From Schizochytrium sp. TIO01 (taxonomy: Eukaryota; Protista; Bigyra: Labyrinthulomycetes), in contig SMSO01000036.1 in assembly GCA_004764695.1 (NCBI GenBank), forward strand, positions 2,418,001 through 2,482,000: a DNA stretch of 64,000 nucleotides, in the 5' to 3' direction. Shown here one piece after another: positions 56,650 through 64,000 of the stretch. A program made the position numbers and the translations under genes. Positions within the stretch are counted from its first letter, which is position 1. Every line of letters begins with the position of its first letter. The notes under the pieces are model-generated. The model was not told the origin of the DNA, searched no databases, and saw only the letters and a program-made list of their open reading frames with translations.

Positions 56650-59600
56650 GGCAAATTGGGCATTACGCGGAGAAAGTACAGTGGAACAGGTTCAACGGCG
56701 AGATGTGAGGATGCAAACGATAGAAACTGATCAGTTGAGCCCCACCTGACCCGCGTTTCGGTCAGGTCCTCTCAGGTTTACATGGTAATTTGTCGAGGCT
56801 GCTGTCAGTTCTTGGTTTTCTCCCATAACTTTTAGCTCCTGAGCTTGAGACTATTAGAGACTATCATAGTTGTAGCACACACCGAGCTGGCGCTGTCTTC
56901 TGCCGCAAATCTGAAGAAGCACCCATCCCTCGCTGTCATTTGAAGCATTCCACTCGCCGGGGGAGTGAAGGAGCGAAGGCAACGTCCAGCAGCTGTCCCG
57001 TAGGCCGCCTCGCCGAGTTTTTGCGAGATCTGGGCAAGACGTCTTCGCTTCATAAGCGTTGAAGTTCGCCCTTCGAAATCTCCATCTTCTGCAGCACCTC
57101 CGCAGACTGTAACGTGTGCGTTATGAATTAGTTAGGGTGGTCCTGCGTGTGAGAATTCATCGGTTTTGGCTCTCAAAGTGGTTTCTCCGCTGCGGAAGAG
57201 ACTGTTCCTTCCCGCGTAGGTCTCGCCTGATGGAGATGAGAGCTGAGCTGTGCTGTGCTGTGCTGCCCTGTGAATGGGGCGGGCTGGGCCGTCAATTTTC
57301 TCAAAAGACAGCCTCAGGAACTCCAACCTTTGGAATAGATTCGAAGAAGGAAGAGGTCCTTTCATTTGCACTTTCGAAAATGTTTTAGTACTATTTTTTA
57401 AAAAAAATAAAATTAAACAAGTATTAAGCAAGATTTAAAATCAAAACAAGACATTGTAAAAAGTGTTAATTCGTTTTTAAAATTAAAAAATAAATAAATT
57501 CAAAAGGAGACGAAAAGAATGAAAGAAAGAAAATATGGCGAAATGTGCCGAGGAAAAGATAGAATAAGGCTAAGGAATAGAGAAAGTGCTGGGACAGCAT
57601 TGCCTACGCAAGGCTAAACGGACGCTGCTTCATCCTCTGAAGCGCAATTAGAGCTCCAGTGTGACTTTACATCGATCGAAGGAATTGACTCACTCAAGTT
57701 CTTTATATGCGAGTTAGCGCGACTGCTAGGCGTTGCCTACCTGACTACCTCTAGAGTACCCACTCACTTACGTACGTACTTTCACCCTCTCACTCAATTA
57801 TCACCGGGCAGGGCAGGGTATTAGCATATCGCCTAGGTGCGTGGTTAGCAGGATTGGTCGATTCCGTTGCCTCGTTGAAGATGGGTCTCAATGAGTTTGT
57901 TTGATTATTGTTCATTGTTCATTGTTTATTGTTCATTGTTTATTGTTTATTATTTCTTTGTTTCTTTGTTTCTTCGTTGAAAGCCCGTTGGACACCTGGA
58001 TAAGGCGGCTGAAAACACGGCCAAAGCCGGCGGGAGTAGCGTGCATGTGCACCATACGCGACGAATCGATGCACATGGAGCTGAAGAAGCGCAGCTTGGC
58101 GATGAATCGCGCGAGAAGAGCGCCGAAAAGGCCTCGCCCAAAGTCTCAACTGCTGCTTTCTAACAGAGTTTTCAGTTATTCCGTGGAAAGAATGAGCCTG
58201 AATCATAGCGGAAAAGCCAAAGCCGCCTTTTTCTTCTTTAGTACCCGTTTCCATGAACTGTGATTTAGGGCGACCAAAGATAACAAAAGAAGAAGCGTGT
58301 GGGAAAAGGGGCGTCTCAACGTTCGAAAATATCAGCTCGAAGGGAGAAGAAGAAGAAGGAGACTTGGACAAAGGCGAGATTGGCCAAAGGGAAAGGGCCT
58401 GGAGTGCGGAAGAGGGCGCTTAAGGTGAAGTTGAAAGGGTTTCCGTTGGTTGCCACCACTTTGTTTGTTTAGTTGTTTGTTTGTTTAGTTGTTTGTTTGT
58501 TTGTTTGTTTGTAAGAAAGAAATCAATGAATGGTGGAAAAGAAAGTGGAGTAGTACTGCTTCCAAAAAAAAAAAAAAAGGGTATATTTTGCCTTTTTATC
58601 TCTGTTCAATCTATATTTTCTAAACTGACTGGTTTGATACTATTCTTTTTCTTTTTCTGAAAAAGAAGAAGAAAAGCGATTTCTAAAGCTGCAGAGATTT
58701 TATCAGAAAGCTGACACTATTCTATGAAAGCGAACGATCGACCTGAAGAGACCCCCGGTTTATTCGCTCTCACGTCTGTTGTTGTTATGACTGTTGTCAT
58801 AATTGCTGCCATTCATTAATGTTCGAAGAGGAAGAGAAAGGCTAAAACCTAAAAAAAGAAGAAAAAAAAAAGCAACAACCAAAACTAAAACACTTCTTTT
58901 CTTCGGTTATGTTAGTGTTGGACGAAAAGTGAAACCAAGGCATCCGAAAAGACCAAAATCTCACCCACTTCTCCTCGTTACAGGTCCTTGCGTCCAGTTA
59001 AACTCGCGAGCAAGCTGGTGGTCGAGACGCGAAGCAGAAAGCAGCGGCATTGAAGAACGCAGGAAACGTAAAGGCCCGTGCTGAGTCTTCAACAACAAGT
59101 CGGCTTGGCGTTGAGTTTTTAAGTTTTTCCATCTTCAAACTTCTTGGACCAATTCTTACGTAGCTGCTCCTGGTACTTACTACCTTCTGCTTGAGTTCGC
59201 AGGACCTCGATGTACCTTGCGAATACGAACGTACAGAGTACTGAGTTGAACCTGCATAGATATTCCTACACGAAAAGGATTGTCGCCTTTGGTTGAGGAA
59301 GCCAAAGCGCCGGGGAATAATGAACTTTGAAAGCAACCGAGGCGACGGAAAGATTGAAATCCATCGTCAACGAAGGCTTTTACTCGTCATGATATGATCC
59401 ACGATGCACGAGGATCCACGATCCATGAGCGTCGGTTGGGAAGGAGGATGGGCGCATGCAAAGAGGTCTGGCGATGGTAACGGCTGTGAGGGAACATCCG
59501 CCGTTTCCACGAAGGTGTTGAGCGGCCGCCTTGGAGGGGCTTATGGGTCTTGGCACAGCTGCTGCGCTCCATCGCGATCCTGGGCGTGAAGTTATAAGCC

Positions 59601-59819
59601 GAAGTTCAAGCGGAGGTCTTCCTCGCCCAGTCGATGCATATCACAGCGGCACTCTTGCAGTTGCCATCAAGATCGCAGAAGCTCCGAGCCAGCGAGGAAA
59701 CCGGAGGTAGACCTTGGCGCCTCGATCGCTCGCCCCATGACATCGTGATCTTGCCAACCCTTGTAGAAAACGATATTGGAGATCTTCAAGATATAGTCTC
59801 CATGCTCGAGTTTTCAACA

Positions 59820-59880
59820 TTCAAATTCAAATTCAAATTCAAATTCAAATTCAAATTCGAATTCAAATTCAAATCTAAAT
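59820..59880. repeat. (TTCAAA)n hexanucleotide repeat
   Basis: About 10 near-perfect copies, decaying into TTCGAG units near 59940-59960. Confidence 0.9.
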
Positions 59881-62800
59881 AGCTCGAACTTCAATATTTC
59901 AAATTCAAATACCCAATTCAGACTGCGAACCAAATAGAAGCTCGAGTTCGAGTTCGAGTATGAGTTGAAGGTGGTCGTAATTTGTAAGCTTCTGGCGGAG
60001 GCCACGGGTCGTGGCAGATGCTTAAGCGATAATCGGCGGCGGATCGAACAGACGCCGGCGCCTGGATTCGGAGTGACCTCTGAATTCTCAGCGTGCGTGT
60101 CACTCGAATCATAGTCACCGAGATCTTCTTCCACTCCGACATCCTCGGTTTCAAGTCCTTCCCCAGAGGAACATGACAGACAGATAGACAGGCATTTAGT
60201 AGAGTTTCGTACCTTACTTACGAAAAACACTCACAAGAAACAAACTCTGTATGCGAGAATGGGCTTTGGCTCAGGCTCTGATGCCGATGGCAGGTCGAAG
60301 GCTTTCTCCGAGTAGCGTGGATTGACAAAAGGGTTGAGTCTTCTTCAAGCTGAAGCCTACCACGATCGATTTTCAAACAGATGATCCTTCATTCATTTTC
60401 AACAAGAAAGAAGCGCTTTTCGCTTTTGCCATGAAGGTGTCTGTCTAAGTAGGTAGGTATAGCTCCTGGAAATAAACAACAAGAATGGCTTGGAAATGAT
60501 TGTCTCTTTTCAGGCTGGCTGAAGCGAGATGAGCTGTCGTGCCAGCAAGATCGAGGCGTGGGCCGGGCAAAGATCTTTGGTTCTGAACTCGAGGCGAGAT
60601 AGGTAGTAGGTTTTTAAGAGCTCCGGAAGCCTCAAAACTAGCCCAACCGGCGACTCCTCTCCTCAGGATTTCGCTTTTCGAGGTAAAAGCAGTTCTTCTA
60701 ATTCATTCTTTATCAGCTCGTTTGAATGCTAGTTCATAGAATGTTTGCGATGGCTTTGACTGCTGTTGCTACCACAACGGAAGGCTTGATTGTACCTAGT
60801 ATTTTACGAAAACATGCATATTCTTTCTCAAGGCTTTCTTTTCTTTGCAGATATACATTTTGAAACATTTTATCACTGCACATTAAAGAATACATATTTA
60901 AAAAGTAATTGTTTGAAAAAAAAACAAAAAATAAAACTACGAGAGTCTCTGCTAGAACCACTAAACGTTGATAGATGATATATTCATTTCGTTTAAAATA
61001 TTTGTTTAAGTTTATTTATTTATTTTAGAATATCTATGACTAAGTAGAAACATTTATTTGAAGTTATTTCGGATTATAAATGCTGATTTTGAAAAATGGA
61101 TAAAAAACATTTTCAAACACAAACAAACTAAGAATAAGGAAACTATTAATTGTAAGTGTTTTGTTTAAAGAAGTTGCCACGCACAATATAAAATAACCAT
61201 CCCATCTTGAAAAGGACACTATCGGGGAAAGCGTCTTCGTGCAATACGCTCTCCGTCCGGAAACCTTCTCCTATGCGTGCAACCCCACGCGAGAACAAGT
61301 TATCAATCGAAATCCCATGCCCTTCTTCTCTCGCTAACACTTTCACATTAAAGTATTATGAAAGATCCAGCTGCCTCAATGACACCATTTCAACTCCATC
61401 ATCATGCAAATACATAAATACCTACTACTCACTTTTGTACTACGAAATACCTAGGTACCTGCTGCCTACCACCCACCGTTTAAAATTGATGCTGTGTTGT
61501 AATGAAGAAGAGCTAGTCATGGTAACCAATATGCAGCCAGCATCATCTTACGATTCAGGCCAGGTGGTCTCCTCGGATGGCAAAGAAAAGCGGCGGCATG
61601 ATTCATTTCACCAGTGCTGTGAGCAAATCCAAGTCTGGTCAAGAACGCCACGAATGCTAGGTCCAGTGAAAACGTAGACACACGAGAATCCAGAATCACG
61701 ACCAGAGAATCTAATTGGGCTGCGGGCCATCCAATAATTTTAGCTTGAAATTTACCCATTATGGCAAGGTGCGAAGTCGCTTTACTCATTCTCCAGAGGG
61801 TGACGCAATAGAAGAACACCTCTACAGATGAATGAATTCTCATCAGATTTGCCTCACTATCGATAGCACGTCTGGCGTTCAAGTTGATGAGATTATCTGG
61901 GTTTTGTGGGAAATGTGGCGGTTTTTAATCATCTCGGGGTTGATTCTAATTTCGTCGAATTGGTCGAATCATGCTGCTACATTTTGACGGTCTACCCATA
62001 AATGCGCAAATGATCGATTTCAACAAGCTTGAAAATGCACATTCTATTTGATATTCTTCTTGTTACAAAGTTCGGGTGTCTTGAAAGAGTAAAATTCCAT
62101 AATGTAGCTGCATGATTCGTAAGCCCTAAATACTTTTTTAGACAGAAGGCAACCCAGTATGCTAATAATCCCATACTACCGAAATGTCGTACAAATATAC
62201 ACTCAACTTGACTGTAAATAAAGTACTCCATAGTTCTTTATAGCTCTTCCTAGGTTATGGCAGGTACCCTGCCTGCGAGCTATTTGTAAAAATAAAAGAG
62301 CTAATCAGTTGATCAATTTATCTATCCAGACGATAACAAAAACTTTCCTTGTGCATGCATGATATCTTGCAACTTGGATCGATCAGCTGCATTTATGGAC
62401 GTCTTCAGACCATTGATAGTGCCGGAATATACACATTCCAGTTTCAGAGTGACTCTCACATAGCTTAGAGCAATGTAACTTCCTTCATTCTGGTCGCTGC
62501 AGGTGGCACATTAAAATAAGCCATGGCATTGCAAAAAGCTGCTACCCATGCTTCACTTCCACTAACTCCAAGTCCATAAACACTGTATTCGCAACCAGTC
62601 AAGCTATCCATCCTTTCAAAGTCAAATCTACTCCATTTGCCTCATCATCCTCGCCTCACAATTTCATTTATCCCTCCAAAAAAAGAAAAAGGAGAAAGAT
62701 TCCAAACTTGGTACGATAATCCCAAACTTCAAAACGATTAGCACTCGTGCGAGAAGTGACAGACTTCATGCTGAATCGCAGCTCCATCCGTCAGCCACCT

Positions 62801-63421
62801 CCATCTCAAAGAAAGAAGAAATCTCCATTTCCTCAAGCTTCTACCCAGCTAATACCAGCTAGCTGTGGCTACTGGCCAGATCCCACTGTTTCCAAGACCC
62901 CAGCAGCAGGCTCAAGGTCCCCCATTCACGACATGGAATCCATCTTCGCCTTCGAAACACGAAGCACGAAAACTTTGTTCGGGCTACCACAATCACACAC
63001 AACGAAGGAACTCAGCACGCGACTGCACGTGGGCTCTTACATTTACCTGTTCCTGTTCCTTCTCCACCTGCCTCTCTGCGCCGCGACCCTCCTTTGAGCG
63101 AGTGGGTGAGCAGGCAGGCTGGAGGTCGCTTTCGAGGGCTCTGTGGCGCCGCCGAAGATCGCAGAGTGACCGGAGCAAGAAGGAAGGCGCAGCTGTCGAG
63201 GCCGTCGAAATGCATGAGAAGCGCGCACGCGAGCACGCACGCACGCAGGACTAGCTAGCTAGGTATGGGCAGCAGCAGCAGCACCACTCGGCTATTGGCT
63301 TTGCAGGCGTTCCGCTCCGCGGCAGTCACTCAGGCAGGCGCAAGCCAAGCTTTCGGAAAGCTTCTGAAGGTCTCACGCGTGCATCGTCTGTGCTGTTGTT
63401 TGATTGGTTATTTGTTTGTGC

Positions 63422-63575
63422 GTTTGAATTTTTGGGCGTTTGAATTTTTGGGTGTTTGAATTTTTGGGTGTTTGAATGTTTGAATGATTGAATATTTGAA
63501 TGTTTGAATGTTTGAATGTTTGAAAATTTGAATGTTTGAATGTTTGAATGTTTGAATGGTTGAATGATTGACTAA
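63422..63575. repeat. (TGTTTGAA)n octamer tandem repeat with degenerate 16-mer variants
   Basis: Directly visible tttgaatg repeats and tttgaatttttggg variants. Confidence 0.85.
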
Positions 63576-64000
63576 ATGATTGATTAAAGCGCTTTGAACG
63601 ATCCATTGACAACAATCCGCAGAACTTGAATGAAAAACATCGTCTCTCAAAGTATGAAAGGAAGGGAGAAAGGGAAGAACCCAAACAAAGAAGTAGGCAC
63701 AGCCACGGTTAACGTAAACACTAGGTAGAAGATTAGGGACTGCCGAAGGGAGTCTCTAAAAAGCAAAAGTCTCAAGGTTTCCGAGGAAAGGCTGAGGGGT
63801 CAAAAACTAAGATAAACAAATTGAAATTGAGGCGAGAGCGAGCTCCTCGCGCCGCAAGGAGCCGCCACCTGACAGAGAAGCGTCCTGAGGCGTGCCCAGG
63901 GACGAGCAAGGGAGGAGGCGGCGGCAGCGCCACCAGAGAGACGGAGAGCCAGACAAGCTCGGCACAACTCCGTCAAGCAAAAAGGTTCCACGCGCTTGCA

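Noticed and set aside
63422-63575. Octamer repeat as a telomere-like array
   Set aside because: Short, degenerate, internal and without a G-run telomeric unit.
50169-63991. Many 60-170 aa ORFs in the upstream desert
   Set aside because: Mostly translations of microsatellites (FVCL, NQSI, FKFK) with non-ATG starts and no domain motifs.

Overview
Eukaryotic nuclear DNA with spliceosomal GT-AG introns and many microsatellites, most likely a thraustochytrid/labyrinthulomycete stramenopile (inferred from gene content and from an atp6 NUMT that avoids TTA). The main feature is missed by the ORF track: one 15.4-kb minus-strand gene (24257..8834, 29 exons, about 1690 aa). It has 26 consecutive exons of exactly 84 nt, all phase 2-2, each encoding one 28-aa ribonuclease-inhibitor-type LRR, spliced onto a helical region, a protein kinase domain, a RING1-like finger and a RING2/Rcat-like finger. 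24 of the LRR exons lie with their introns in a recently amplified higher-order tandem array (5-exon unit of about 2.46-2.48 kb) with visible recombination scars. Amino-acid differences between copies concentrate at the exposed beta-strand positions beside the splice junctions, making it a candidate diversifying intracellular immune or recognition receptor. Its flanks are gene-poor and decayed and include the atp6 NUMT. The rest is the 3' end of a prolyl 4-hydroxylase with a VHL-like domain, a compact mostly intronless block (unknown 670-aa ORF, TIM50, CEP104-like, RPC11, TatD, sterol glucosyltransferase, ABCB half transporter, FTR1 iron permease) and about 14 kb of microsatellite-rich DNA upstream of FTR1 with no recognisable gene.
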